This document shows, piece by piece, positions 46,603 to 55,891 of a stretch of DNA of 64,000 nucleotides. The notes under the pieces were generated by a model. The model worked only from the letters and a program-made list of their open reading frames with translations, was not told the origin of the DNA and ran no database searches. The DNA lies in NCBI GenBank assembly GCA_963709045.1, contig CAVPUX010000003.1, positions 8,065 to 72,064 of the forward strand. The letters are read 5' to 3'. Position numbers and translations under genes: made by a program. Position 1 is the first letter of the stretch; every line of letters begins with the position of its first letter. This stretch comes from an uncultured Acidobacteriaceae bacterium. Its GTDB lineage: Bacteria; Acidobacteriota; Terriglobia; Terriglobales; Acidobacteriaceae.

Positions 46603-47775
46603 ATGCAAACGGAAGTCCCGGTTCGAGCTCACGACCACGCGGTAACCCGCAAACTGCAATGGCTGGCTTTGTCGTTGACTCCCGGCGTAGGTGCGGGACG
46701 CGGACGCAAGTTGGTGGAAATGTACGACAGCATAGAGCGAGTGTTCGCCGCGTCCCTAACGGAACTGGAAGCGGCTGGGCTGCCGGCGGCGTCCGCGCAG
46801 AGTCTGGCGCTGGGTAAGTCGATGGAACTGGCGAGTGCCGAACTTGACCACGCCCGGGAATTGGGTGCCCAGGTGATCGTCCCGGGGGATGCAGAGTACC
46901 CGCGACGGCTGCTGGAAATTTATGATCCGCCACTCGTGCTTTACCTCAAAGGTAATGCAGAAATCATTGATAAAGCAGGGATTGCGGTGGTCGGCACCAG
47001 GCATCCGACGCCCTACGGAACGGGCATGGCCGAGCGCCTGGCCTGCGACCTTGCGGCCCGTGGGCTCATCATATTTAGTGGGATGGCACGCGGAGTAGAC
47101 ACCGCAGCCCACCGCGGGGCCTTGCAGGCGCACGGTCATACGGTCGCGATCTGGGGTACCGGAATTGACGTTGTCTATCCAGCGGAAAATCGGAAACTCA
47201 CCGACCAGATCCTGGCGTCGGATGGCGCGGTTTTGAGCGAGTTCCCCTTAGGGACTTTTCCAGCGCCACAGAATTTTCCCATTCGCAATCGGCTGATCAG
47301 CGGCATCTCGATCGGCGTTCTGGTGCTTGAGGCCGGTGAGTTCAGCGGAACCCGAGTAACGGCGCGCTGTGCCCTGGAGCAGGGACGCGAGGTCTTCGCG
47401 GTGCCGGGGAACGTGACCAATAAGCTCTCCTGGGGGCCTAACACACTGATTAAACAGGGTGCGGCTTTGGTTGCCACATGGGAAGATGTGTGGGAGGCGC
47501 TTCCCGCCGATGTGCGCCTGGTGCTCAATCCACGGGCGGCGGCTGCATCGGAAGAGGCGGCTGCGTCATCACTGTTTGAGACGGCCCAGTTGCCGCCGAA
47601 CGAGAAAAGGGTTTATGCCCTGATGCGAGCGGATGAATCGATCCATATCGACCAACTGGTCGAGCGCCTGACTTCGTACCTTTCGTCGTCCGAGATTTTC
47701 AGCGCGTTGTTCGAGTTGGAACTGAGCGGCCGTATCCGGCAGATGCCCGGAAAATATTTTGTGAGGACGATGTGA
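46603..47775 (+). CDS. dprA: DNA-processing protein DprA (Smf)
   Basis: AGGAG RBS plus ATG at 46603. ...YP..L..I.DPP.VLY.KG......IAVVGTRHPTPYG......LA..L...G..I.SGMARGVD..AH.GAL....TVA..G.G.D..YP.EN. Confidence 0.9.
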   Translation: MQTEVPVRAHDHAVTRKLQWLALSLTPGVGAGRGRKLVEMYDSIERVFAASLTELEAAGLPAASAQSLALGKSMELASAELDHARELGAQVIVPGDAEYPRRLLEIYDPPLVLYLKGNAEIIDKAGIAVVGTRHPTPYGTGMAERLACDLAARGLIIFSGMARGVDTAAHRGALQAHGHTVAIWGTGIDVVYPAENRKLTDQILASDGAVLSEFPLGTFPAPQNFPIRNRLISGISIGVLVLEAGEFSGTRVTARCALEQGREVFAVPGNVTNKLSWGPNTLIKQGAALVATWEDVWEALPADVRLVLNPRAAAASEEAAASSLFETAQLPPNEKRVYALMRADESIHIDQLVERLTSYLSSSEIFSALFELELSGRIRQMPGKYFVRTM

Positions 47776-47783
47776 CGGCGCGG

Positions 47784-47818
47784 TAGCGCTATTCGCCTTT
47801 CGCTCTTCGCTTTTCGCT
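47784..47818. repeat. TTCGC-type heptad array, left arm of the hairpin enclosing the four-helix-bundle pseudogene
   Basis: tagcgct attcgcc tttcgct cttcgct tttcgct. Positions 47794-47810 (CGCCTTTCGCTCTTCGC) are the perfect complement of 48282-48298. Confidence 0.85.
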
Positions 47819-47866
47819 AAGGCCGGAGAGATCGGTTCGCAGTTCGCTTTTTAGCTGGGGTAAGAA

Positions 47867-48222
47867 ATGGGGGGCGTCCTGAGGAATTACGAGGACTTGG
47901 AGGTTTGGGAACAAGGCCCACGCGCTCACGATCAAAATCTATCGTGCGACCGAACGTTTCCCCGATCGGAAATGTTTGGACTGAGCAGTCAAATTCGTAG
48001 GGCAGCAGCTCGATTGGTGCAAATTTGGCGGAGGGATGCGGTCGCTGGGGCGATGGGGAAATGGCCCGCTACGTGCAGATTGCCAGCGGATCTGCGAGTG
48101 AATTGCAAAATCGTTTGAGGTTGGCCAAAGATTTGGCGTTGCTAAGCGCGGCCGAAACATGCCGATCTGCTGAGAGACTTAACGAGCATTCGGCAAATGC
48201 TGACCGCATTTTCAACGCATGA
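47867..48222 (+). pseudogene. four-helix-bundle protein gene (23S rRNA intervening-sequence / Avd-like family), three frameshifts
   Basis: Stitching three frames gives NYEDLEVWEQ / KAHALTIKIYRATERFP / RSEMFGLSSQIRRAA / SSIGANLAEGCGRWGDGEMARYVQIASGSASELQNRLRLAKDLALLS.... This matches the family pattern (F.DL.VWQ.A..L...IY..T..FP..E.YGL.SQ.RRAA.SI..NIAEG.GR....E....L.IA.GS..EL.TQL.LA). Confidence 0.8.
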
Positions 48223-48260
48223 GGCTTCGAGCCGCCCCAGTATCGGCGTCGAAAGCTCTG

Positions 48261-48298
48261 GCGAAAAGCGAATAGCGAATAGCGAAGAGCGAAAGGCG
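48261..48298. repeat. GCGAA-type heptad array, right arm of the same hairpin
   Basis: gcgaaaa gcgaata gcgaata gcgaaga gcgaaag gcg. Confidence 0.85.
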
Positions 48299-48361
48299 CC
48301 CTCACCTTTGCCGCCAGTGGGCGGCCCGTGCTAGCTTCGTAGTAACAAGATTGAGGTTCCA

Positions 48362-50902
48362 TTGTCAAAAGGTTTAGTCATCGTCGAATCGCCCGCTAAA
48401 GCGAAGACGATCCAAAAATATCTGGGCTCGGGCTACGAGGTGGAAGCCTCGCTCGGACATATCAAGGACTTGCCCAAGAAGTCGCTCGGCGTCGATCTTG
48501 ACGATAATTTCGCCACCGAGTACGTCGTTATTCCGGGCAAGGAGAAGGTCGTCGCCCGCCTGAAGAAGCTGGCGAAGTCGGCGGATACCATTTATCTGGC
48601 CCCTGACCCGGACCGCGAAGGCGAAGCCATTGCCGCCCACCTCGCCGAAGAACTCGGCGGCGATTCGGTTGACGGGAAGCGGAAGGGCAAGAAGGGCGCG
48701 GTCACCATCCGCCGCGTCACCTTTAACGAAATTACCAAGCGCGCGGTGCAGGAGGCATTCCTCCACCCGCGCGACATCGATTCCAACCTGGTGGACGCGC
48801 AGCAGACTCGCCGTGTGCTGGACCGGTTGGTGGGGTACCAGGTCTCACCGTTGTTGTGGGACAAGGTGCGTCGCGGAATATCTGCCGGCCGTGTCCAGAC
48901 CGTGGCCTTACGTCTGATTGTCGAGCGCGAGCGCGAGATCAAGGCCTTCGTCAAGGAAGAGTATTGGACGATCGACGCTCATCTGCATGCCGACAAGCCG
49001 CCGACGTTTGCAGCGCGGTTCATCGGGATTGGCGACGAGAAGACCCCAATCACGAATGGCGACGATGCGGCCAAAATCAAAGCTGCGGTCGAGACTGCCG
49101 CTTGGAGTGTTCGCTCGGTTGACAAGCGCGAGCGCCGCCGCAGTCCGGCAGCGCCGTTTACCACCAGCAAGTTCCAGCAGGATGCATCACGCAAGCTGCG
49201 TTTCAGCGTCAAGCGCGCCATGATGATCGCTCAGCGCCTGTATGAAGGCGTTGATCTCGGCGAGGAAGGTACTGTCGGACTCATCACGTACATGCGTACC
49301 GACTCTCCGCAGGTGTCAAACGACGCCGTCGCTGAGGTGCGGGAGCTGATCGGCAAGGAGTACGGCAAGGAGTTTCTGCCCGAGGCGCCGAACACCTACA
49401 AGTCGAAGAAGAGCGCGCAGGAGGCGCACGAAGCCATTCGTCCGACGGCTGCGTCGCGGCATCCGGACCAGATCAAGCGGTATCTCCAGGAAGACGAGTA
49501 CAAAGTTTACAAGCTGATCTGGCAGCGTTTTGTGGCCTCGCAGATGAACCCCGCGGTCTTCGACCAGACGACCGTGGAGATCGACGCCAAGAACGGCAAT
49601 GACGTGTACCGCTTCCGCGTGACGGGCTCGGTGCTCAAGTTCGAAGGCTTCCTGAAGGTTTACGAAGAGTCCAAGGATTCTAAGGACGAAGAAGACGAGG
49701 CGCTCAAACACAAGCTGCCGGTTCTGACTGAAGGCCAGAAGCTCGCGCTGAAGGGAATTGATAACGAACAGCACTTTACGGAGCCTCCACCGCGCTTCAA
49801 CGAAGCCTCGCTGGTGAAGGAACTGGAAGAGCGCGGGATCGGGCGGCCCTCGACCTACGCCGCCATTATCAGCACCATCCAGGAGCGGCAGTACGTGCAG
49901 AAACTCGGAGGGAAGTTTATTCCCACCGAAATTGGCTTTGTGGTGACCGACCTGCTCGTCGCGAACTTCAAAGACATCTTCGATCTGCAATACACCGCGC
50001 GGTTGGAAGAGGAGCTCGACGAGATCGAGGACGGCAAGGAGCGTTGGACCGACGCCCTGGCCGAGTTCTACAAGAAGTTCGAGAAGGAACTCCATTACGC
50101 TGAGAAGCACATGGAGAACGTGAAGCGGATGGAGAAGCCGACCGACGAGAAGTGCGAACGGTGCGGCTCGCCGCTGGTCATCAAGTGGGGCAAGCATGGC
50201 TCGTTTTATGCGTGCAGCGCCTACGACAAGACTGACCCGAACAGTTGCACGTTCACCAAGGAAAACCCTATCGATCTGCCTGACCTGGACTCGGCCGACG
50301 TGCAGGAAACCACGCAGGAGGAGTATTGCGAAAACTGCGGCCGTCCGATGGTGCTGAAGCGCGGACGCTTCGGGCAATTCATGGCTTGCACCGGTTATCC
50401 GGATTGCAAGACCACACGCCGGCTGGACCAGGCCAAGAAAGTCCCGGACATCCCGCTTGACGAAAAGTGCCCGCAATGTGGACGGAACCTGCTGCTGCGG
50501 CATGGCCGCTATGGCGAGTTCATCTCGTGTAGCGGTTATCCGGAATGCAAGTGGGTGAAGCAAAACTACATCGGGGTGAAGTGTCCGGAGTGCAAGGACG
50601 GTGAGTTGGCGGAGAAGAAGGCTCGCCGCGGCAATTTCTTCTACGGCTGTTCCAACTACCCGAAGTGCCGATTCACCTCGGCCTACAAACCGGTTGCCGA
50701 GCCCTGTCCCGAGTGTGGCAGCCCATACCTGCTGGAGAAGAACCTCAAGTCCGGCAGCTTCCTGGTATGTCCCAACAACAAACGGACCGAAAGCGAAGAA
50801 CCAAAGACTGCCGCAAAGGGCCGTGGAAAGAAGAAATCCGCGGATGAAACTACGGTTAAATGTGACTACTCGCGGGAAATCCAGCCGGTAGCTGTTGCAT
50901 AA
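48362..50902 (+). CDS. topA: DNA topoisomerase I
   Basis: 846 aa with a TTG start. Toprim LVIVESPAKAKTIQKYLG, DPDREGEAIA, active-site region YMRTDS, and multiple C-terminal C4 zinc ribbons (CERCGSP...CSAY, CENCGRP...CTGYPDC, and others). Confidence 0.97.
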   Translation: MSKGLVIVESPAKAKTIQKYLGSGYEVEASLGHIKDLPKKSLGVDLDDNFATEYVVIPGKEKVVARLKKLAKSADTIYLAPDPDREGEAIAAHLAEELGGDSVDGKRKGKKGAVTIRRVTFNEITKRAVQEAFLHPRDIDSNLVDAQQTRRVLDRLVGYQVSPLLWDKVRRGISAGRVQTVALRLIVEREREIKAFVKEEYWTIDAHLHADKPPTFAARFIGIGDEKTPITNGDDAAKIKAAVETAAWSVRSVDKRERRRSPAAPFTTSKFQQDASRKLRFSVKRAMMIAQRLYEGVDLGEEGTVGLITYMRTDSPQVSNDAVAEVRELIGKEYGKEFLPEAPNTYKSKKSAQEAHEAIRPTAASRHPDQIKRYLQEDEYKVYKLIWQRFVASQMNPAVFDQTTVEIDAKNGNDVYRFRVTGSVLKFEGFLKVYEESKDSKDEEDEALKHKLPVLTEGQKLALKGIDNEQHFTEPPPRFNEASLVKELEERGIGRPSTYAAIISTIQERQYVQKLGGKFIPTEIGFVVTDLLVANFKDIFDLQYTARLEEELDEIEDGKERWTDALAEFYKKFEKELHYAEKHMENVKRMEKPTDEKCERCGSPLVIKWGKHGSFYACSAYDKTDPNSCTFTKENPIDLPDLDSADVQETTQEEYCENCGRPMVLKRGRFGQFMACTGYPDCKTTRRLDQAKKVPDIPLDEKCPQCGRNLLLRHGRYGEFISCSGYPECKWVKQNYIGVKCPECKDGELAEKKARRGNFFYGCSNYPKCRFTSAYKPVAEPCPECGSPYLLEKNLKSGSFLVCPNNKRTESEEPKTAAKGRGKKKSADETTVKCDYSREIQPVAVA

Positions 50903-50967
50903 TAGAAGTCTTGTCAATCCAACCCGCCCGGCCATCAGCCGGGCATTCCTGTGAAAAGGAGCAAATC

Positions 50968-51435
50968 ATGGCAGGACAACTGAAAAGCGGGACACTCATT
51001 GCCCACCTGATCGTTAATGACGCCCCGAAGGCTTTGGACTTCTACAAGAACGCATTTGGAGCAGAGATCCTGGGTGTGCACAAGACGCCCGACGGAAAGG
51101 TAATGCATGCGGAGCTGAGTTTTGGGGGCGCCAGGCTCATGTTGGCGGACGAGTTTCCCGGCATGGGCGCTGGTTCACCCAAGACGCTGGGTGGAAGCGC
51201 GGTCGTGCTGAACCTTTATGTTCCGGAAGATGTTGACAGCTTGTTCAAGCAGGCGGTGGCAGCAGGAGCTACGGTAGTGATGCCCCTGGCAGACCAGTTC
51301 TGGGGCGACCGCTACGGCCAGGTCACAGACCCCTTTGGGCATCGCTGGGCCCTCGGCCAACACATGGAAGACGTTGCCCCCGACGAGATGGAGCGTCGCG
51401 CTAAAGAGGCCTTCGCCGCGATGGCGCACAAGTAG
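50968..51435 (+). CDS. VOC-family (glyoxalase/bleomycin-resistance fold, PhnB-like) protein
   Basis: AAAGGAG RBS plus ATG at 50968. ...HLIVNDAPKALDFYKNAFGAE......HAEL.FGGARLMLADEFP...FWGDRYGQVTDPFGHRW. Confidence 0.8.
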   Translation: MAGQLKSGTLIAHLIVNDAPKALDFYKNAFGAEILGVHKTPDGKVMHAELSFGGARLMLADEFPGMGAGSPKTLGGSAVVLNLYVPEDVDSLFKQAVAAGATVVMPLADQFWGDRYGQVTDPFGHRWALGQHMEDVAPDEMERRAKEAFAAMAHK

Positions 51436-51528
51436 CCCTTCTGAAGCCGCGCCGCCGAAGCAATCATCCAACCCAAATGAAAAGCCGTCAGCACGGCGGC
51501 TTTTCCTAACCTACTTCCTGGAGGATTC

Positions 51529-51972
51529 ATGAGCAGTACACCCGCGACACATCATGATGCTGAACTTATCCTGAAGCTTTACGAACTACGCCGTGAACCG
51601 GTAATGCGCGAAGCCCGGAATTTTGTAGCTGGCTTCAGCCCCAAGTCGGTCGACGACATGCTCGCCGTGGCGAATGCGTTTGGCACCAAGGAAAATGCCT
51701 ATGTCCGTCAGGTATTCGGCTACTGGGAAATGGTTGCCTCGCTGATCGTGCATGGCACTCTAAACGCGTTGCTGGCGTATGACACGCTCAGCGAAATGTA
51801 CTTCGTATATGCCAAGATACAGCCTCTCGTGGAAGAGTTCCGGCAGAAGTCAGGGATGGTGGAATTCCAGGTGAATGTGCAGAAGGTGGTGGAGAGCTCA
51901 GCCGAAGGCCGGGACCGACTGGCGCGGATGCGAAAGCGCCAGGCGGAGATGGCGGCAGCCGCCGCGCGATAA
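51529..51972 (+). CDS. hypothetical protein
   Basis: 147-aa helical protein with a GGAGGA RBS. No family recognised. Confidence 0.65.
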   Translation: MSSTPATHHDAELILKLYELRREPVMREARNFVAGFSPKSVDDMLAVANAFGTKENAYVRQVFGYWEMVASLIVHGTLNALLAYDTLSEMYFVYAKIQPLVEEFRQKSGMVEFQVNVQKVVESSAEGRDRLARMRKRQAEMAAAAAR

Positions 51973-51977
51973 CCCAC

Positions 51978-52823
51978 TTAGCTCAGATATTCGCGAATGT
52001 AGGGATCGTTGTTGCGTAACAGATCGGCAACGGTCCCTTCGAAGATGATCTTTCCATCCCGCAGCATGAGGAACCGCGTGTGCAGGTCGCGGACGCTCCC
52101 GTCGCCGATCGGCATCATTTTGTTCTGCTGCCGGTCGAAATAATGGCTCGCCATGGTGAACGCGTCTTGCAGCCGGTGCGTCACCAGCAAGGAGCTTGTC
52201 CCATACACGTCGCGCTGTTTCACGATGAGCTCGATGATGGTGTTCGAGGTCACCGGGTCGAGGCCGCCGGTAGGTGAATCGTAAAGGATGACCTCCGGCT
52301 GCGTAATGATGGCGCGCGCAATGGCCACGCGGCGCCGCATACCTCCGGACAGCTCGGACGGGAACAGATCGACGGTGTGCTCCAGTTCGACGAAGCGCAA
52401 GGCCTCCAGCACGCGCTGATGGATTTCGACCGTCAGCTTTCCCGTCTCCTCCATCAGGCGATAGGCGACATTCCCTTCCACGGTCAAAGAATCGAAGAGC
52501 GCGCTCTCCTGAAAGACCATTCCGATCTTGCGCCGCAAGTCGAACAGGTCTTCCTCGCGCATCTGCGTAATCTCTTCGCCAAGAACGATGATGCGCCCCG
52601 CGTCAGGCTTCAATAACCCGAGCGCCATTTTCAGGATCAAGGTTTTGCCGGTACCGGCCACCCCCATCAGGATCTTGGTTTCACCTCGGGGCAATTCAAA
52701 GGAAACACCCTCCAGCACTGGGTGATCGAAAGCGATCTCAACATTTTCGAAGCGAATGACGGGCTCGACCGTGGGCGGGGCGGTGGGTTGGCGCTGTTCG
52801 GCCGGCGGTGCGAGGCTCGACAT
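51978..52823 (-). CDS. ABC transporter ATP-binding protein (MlaF-like)
   Basis: Walker A GVAGTGKT, signature LSGGMRRRVAIARA, Walker B VILYDSPTGGLD. Confidence 0.9.
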   Translation of the reverse strand: MSSLAPPAEQRQPTAPPTVEPVIRFENVEIAFDHPVLEGVSFELPRGETKILMGVAGTGKTLILKMALGLLKPDAGRIIVLGEEITQMREEDLFDLRRKIGMVFQESALFDSLTVEGNVAYRLMEETGKLTVEIHQRVLEALRFVELEHTVDLFPSELSGGMRRRVAIARAIITQPEVILYDSPTGGLDPVTSNTIIELIVKQRDVYGTSSLLVTHRLQDAFTMASHYFDRQQNKMMPIGDGSVRDLHTRFLMLRDGKIIFEGTVADLLRNNDPYIREYLS

Positions 52824-52825
52824 AG

Positions 52826-53605
52826 TTAGTACTGGAAGATGCCCATAAGCAAGCGGGTAATGAAAAAATCGCTGACCAAGATCAGGACCGACGCGGCCAC
52901 CACGGCCTGCGTCGTAGCTCGTCCGACACCTTGCGTGCCCCCCTTGGCGGCGAGGCCGTAGTAACAGCCAATGGTGGAGATAATAAAGCCGAAGATCACC
53001 GGCTTACACAGTCCCATGAATACGTCTCCGAAGCGCAGCGCCTGGTAAGCCGTGGTCCAATACTGGTTGGGGTCGAGTCCCAGCAGCACATACGAGATCA
53101 CGAATCCCCCCGTCAATCCCACCAGGTTGGAGATGATGGCGAGAAAGAACAGCATCACCATGCTGGCAATGACCCGTGGCGTTACCAGTTTCTTGGACGG
53201 ATCGACTCCCATGGCGCGCATGGCATCGATCTGCTCGGTGACCTTCATGGAGCCCAGTTCGCTCGCCATGCCGCTGGAATTGCGGCCGGCTACCATCAGT
53301 CCCGTCAGCACCGGTCCCAGTTCGCGCACCATCGACAGCGAAACCAGTTTGCCGGTCAGCGACAACGAACCAAACTGCTGCAAGGTGCTGGAGGTCTGCA
53401 GGGCCAGCACCGCGCCGGTAAAGAAGCCGGTCAGCACCACGATGGGCAGGGAGCCGACGCCGATGGAATCGGCCTGCAACAGGGTATCGGCATAGTACCG
53501 GGGATGCCCGAAAACATTGCTGAGCGAGCGCCCGGCAAGCAGGGAATAATCCTGCACCGCCTCGACATTTTCCTTCGCAATTTCGATCGGCGAGAAAGTT
53601 GGCAT
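52826..53605 (-). CDS. MlaE-family ABC transporter permease
   Basis: Met48 of track ORF gives 259 aa. ...GVGSLPIVVLTGFFTGAVLALQ...LGPVLTGLMVAGR.SSGMASELGSMKVTEQIDAMRAMGVDP. Confidence 0.85.
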   Translation of the reverse strand: MPTFSPIEIAKENVEAVQDYSLLAGRSLSNVFGHPRYYADTLLQADSIGVGSLPIVVLTGFFTGAVLALQTSSTLQQFGSLSLTGKLVSLSMVRELGPVLTGLMVAGRNSSGMASELGSMKVTEQIDAMRAMGVDPSKKLVTPRVIASMVMLFFLAIISNLVGLTGGFVISYVLLGLDPNQYWTTAYQALRFGDVFMGLCKPVIFGFIISTIGCYYGLAAKGGTQGVGRATTQAVVAASVLILVSDFFITRLLMGIFQY

Positions 53606-53836
53606 CAGGTTCCGGAAAAGAGATACGAACGAAAATATATCAGAGGAACATGAATTGGCCCCGGTTTCGAATTCAGTACCTACCCCGCCAGGAGTCTGTT
53701 CGGCGAGAAACGAAGGCCCCGATCTCCTCGACATCACTGCCGCCAACGGCGGACTTGATCCGACCCTTTGCTTGCGGGCGCGGCTTCATTTACCATGCAA
53801 TGCCTAGCTATTGCCCGGCACGCCAGGAGGCGGAGT

Positions 53837-54232
53837 ATGGCGTTTCAGGTCGATCGTAGTCCGTTCGATCCGGAATCAGGATTCGAGTATTACATTTGCT
53901 TCAAACCTCCGACCGAGGTCGAGGGCGACGAAGTAGAGTCACGCATCTCTGTCGAGGCGGCGCTCTCCGTCTCGGAAACCGGCGATGTGGCTGACCTCAG
54001 CTTTATGCTGCCCAAGATGTGCCGTAACGATCATGCCCTTTCGTTCCTGAAGCGCGATCCGACCGCAGCCTGCGTCGAGAACCGGGTGTTTATCGCCGTA
54101 CCGGGTCTGAATGGCGATGCAGTGTTCAGCGCTCCGGCAACGCTCGAACTGGACCACGCCGGACGCATCGTAGCCATCGAAATCAACGGCTGCATTCCCA
54201 AGACCAGCACATTTAGACCGGGGCACGCGTAA
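53837..54232 (+). CDS. hypothetical protein
   Basis: AGGAGG RBS 6 nt before the ATG at 53837. 131 aa; no family recognised. Confidence 0.6.
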   Translation: MAFQVDRSPFDPESGFEYYICFKPPTEVEGDEVESRISVEAALSVSETGDVADLSFMLPKMCRNDHALSFLKRDPTAACVENRVFIAVPGLNGDAVFSAPATLELDHAGRIVAIEINGCIPKTSTFRPGHA

Positions 54233-54239
54233 AGGCCGC

Positions 54240-54426
54240 CGTTCGCTTTTCGCTCTCGCTTTTCGATTGCTATTCGAAGTCTGCGGCGAACCAGAACTGG
54301 CCTTAGAGCTGCGTGACAACATCCGCCACCACGTCGGCTTGGCTCATCGGTCGCCATTCTGGTGAGAGCCAAGAGCGAACAGCGAAGAGCCAAGAGCGAA
54401 GAGCGAAGAGCGAATGGCGAATAGCA
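54240..54426. repeat. heptad-periodic hairpin (TTCGC-type left arm 54240-54286, GCGAA-type right arm 54366-54426), no gene in the ~80-nt loop
   Basis: Left arm: gttcgct tttcgct ctcgctt ttcgatt gctattc. Right arm: gagccaa gagcgaa cagcgaa gagccaa gagcgaa gagcgaa gagcgaa tggcgaa tagcaga (9 units). Confidence 0.85.
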
Positions 54427-54447
54427 GAACTCCGGTATGATGTCGGC

Positions 54448-55071
54448 GTGGACGATGTAACGGCATTTATCCTGGCAGGCGGCCGCAGCACCCGCATGGG
54501 CAGTGACAAGGCATTGCTGTCGCTCGGCGGTCAGACGCTGTTGGAGCGCGCCTTGCAGACCGCCGGGACCGTCGCGAAAACGGTGTTTATCGCCGGCCCG
54601 CGCGAACGGTACGGGCGGTACGGCGAGGTAGTCGAGGATGTTATTCGCGATTGCGGTCCGCTGGGCGGAATCCACGCCGCCCTGTGTGTCACGAAGACCG
54701 ACCTGAACCTCATGCTTTCCGTGGACACGCCGCTGATGAGTTCGGATTTTCTGGCGTGGCTGCTGGAACAGGCACGTGCGAGCCGTGAGTTGGTCGTGGT
54801 TCCCGAGGCGCTGGGAGGGCTGCAACCGCTGGCCGCGGTGTACCGTCGTGCGTTGCGGGCCGTGGCCGAACAGGCGCTGAAAAGCGGTGACTATAAAATC
54901 GACCACTTGTTCCGGCTCGCGCCGACGCGCTACATTTCTGAAGCTGAAATCGTGGCGGCTGGTTTCTCGCTGGCGGTATTTCGCAATGTGAACACTTTCG
55001 AAGAATATAAGGACTTGCTGCAGACCGAAGACGCCTTGCAAGTGAAAGGGACAGAGAGCCACGGCACATGA
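54448..55071 (+). CDS. mobA: molybdenum cofactor guanylyltransferase
   Basis: In-frame GTG at 54448 gives VDDVTAFILAGGRSTRMGSDKALL...GPLGGIHAAL...LSVDTP. The longer track ORF reads through the heptad array. Confidence 0.8.
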   Translation: MDDVTAFILAGGRSTRMGSDKALLSLGGQTLLERALQTAGTVAKTVFIAGPRERYGRYGEVVEDVIRDCGPLGGIHAALCVTKTDLNLMLSVDTPLMSSDFLAWLLEQARASRELVVVPEALGGLQPLAAVYRRALRAVAEQALKSGDYKIDHLFRLAPTRYISEAEIVAAGFSLAVFRNVNTFEEYKDLLQTEDALQVKGTESHGT

Positions 55072-55865
55072 ACGAGCGAAAGCCCTACATCGAGTTTCAG
55101 GATGTACGCAAGGCATTCGGCAGCAATGTCGTGCTCGACGGCGTCAGTTTCGACGTCATGCCCGGCGAGACGGTCTGCATCCTGGGACGAAGCGGGGTAG
55201 GCAAGTCGGTTTCGCTTCACGAGATTATGGGCTTTCTCAAGCCTGACAGCGGACGCGTCTGGGTCGCCTACGAAGACATCACCGACTATGGCGAGCAGGA
55301 CCTGGAGCGCATCCGCAAGAAAGTGACCATGGTTTTCCAGAACGGTGCGCTCTTCGATTCGCTGACCATCGGCGAAAACGTTGCGTTTCCGCTGCGCGAG
55401 CGCGGCGGTCTCCAAGAGGAGCAGATCTACCAGATCATCGACGGCTTGCTGGACATGGTGGGCGTGCGGGAATTTCGCGACTTGCTGCCCTCCGACTTGT
55501 CCACCGGGATGAAGCGTTCCGTGGCCATTGCCCGCGCCTTGGCGGCGCAGCCGGACGCCGTGCTCTACGATGAGCCGACCACTATGGTCGATCCGTTAAT
55601 GGCGCACCTGCTGGGAGACTTGATCAAGAAGCTGAAGAAGCAATTGAAACTGACCAGCATCGTGGTGACGCACGACATGGCTTTGGCCAAGAAGCTGGCC
55701 GACCGACTGCTATTTCTACACGAGGCGCGTGCCATCTTCTTTGGGACGTTTGCGGAAATGGCGCTTTGCAAGGAACCCATCGTGCAGGAATTCCTGGAGC
55801 TTGACTCGATGGATTTCGAGCGCTACTTCGGCGCGCGGCGTCCGGCGCACGAGCCGCGGGTGTAA
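55068..55865 (+). CDS. ABC transporter ATP-binding protein (second MlaF-like ATPase)
   Basis: Walker A GRSGVGKS, signature LSTGMKRSVAIARA, Walker B VLYDEPTTMVD. ATGA overlap with the mobA stop. Confidence 0.9.
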   Translation: MNERKPYIEFQDVRKAFGSNVVLDGVSFDVMPGETVCILGRSGVGKSVSLHEIMGFLKPDSGRVWVAYEDITDYGEQDLERIRKKVTMVFQNGALFDSLTIGENVAFPLRERGGLQEEQIYQIIDGLLDMVGVREFRDLLPSDLSTGMKRSVAIARALAAQPDAVLYDEPTTMVDPLMAHLLGDLIKKLKKQLKLTSIVVTHDMALAKKLADRLLFLHEARAIFFGTFAEMALCKEPIVQEFLELDSMDFERYFGARRPAHEPRV

Positions 55866-55891
55866 GGGCGACTGTCGAAGGTCTGCATGAG

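Noticed and set aside
47777-47790. RfaH ops-like sequence GGCGCGGTAGCGCT just after dprA
   Set aside because: It differs from the GGCGGTAGnnTG consensus by an inserted base and lies at the edge of a heptad array. It is unrelated in position to the NusG paralogue at 31.7 kb, so it is probably coincidental.
49316-50935. 539-aa minus-strand ORF antisense to topA
   Set aside because: topA on the plus strand has Toprim, active-site and zinc-ribbon motifs. The antisense product is Leu/Arg/Val-rich with no recognisable domain.
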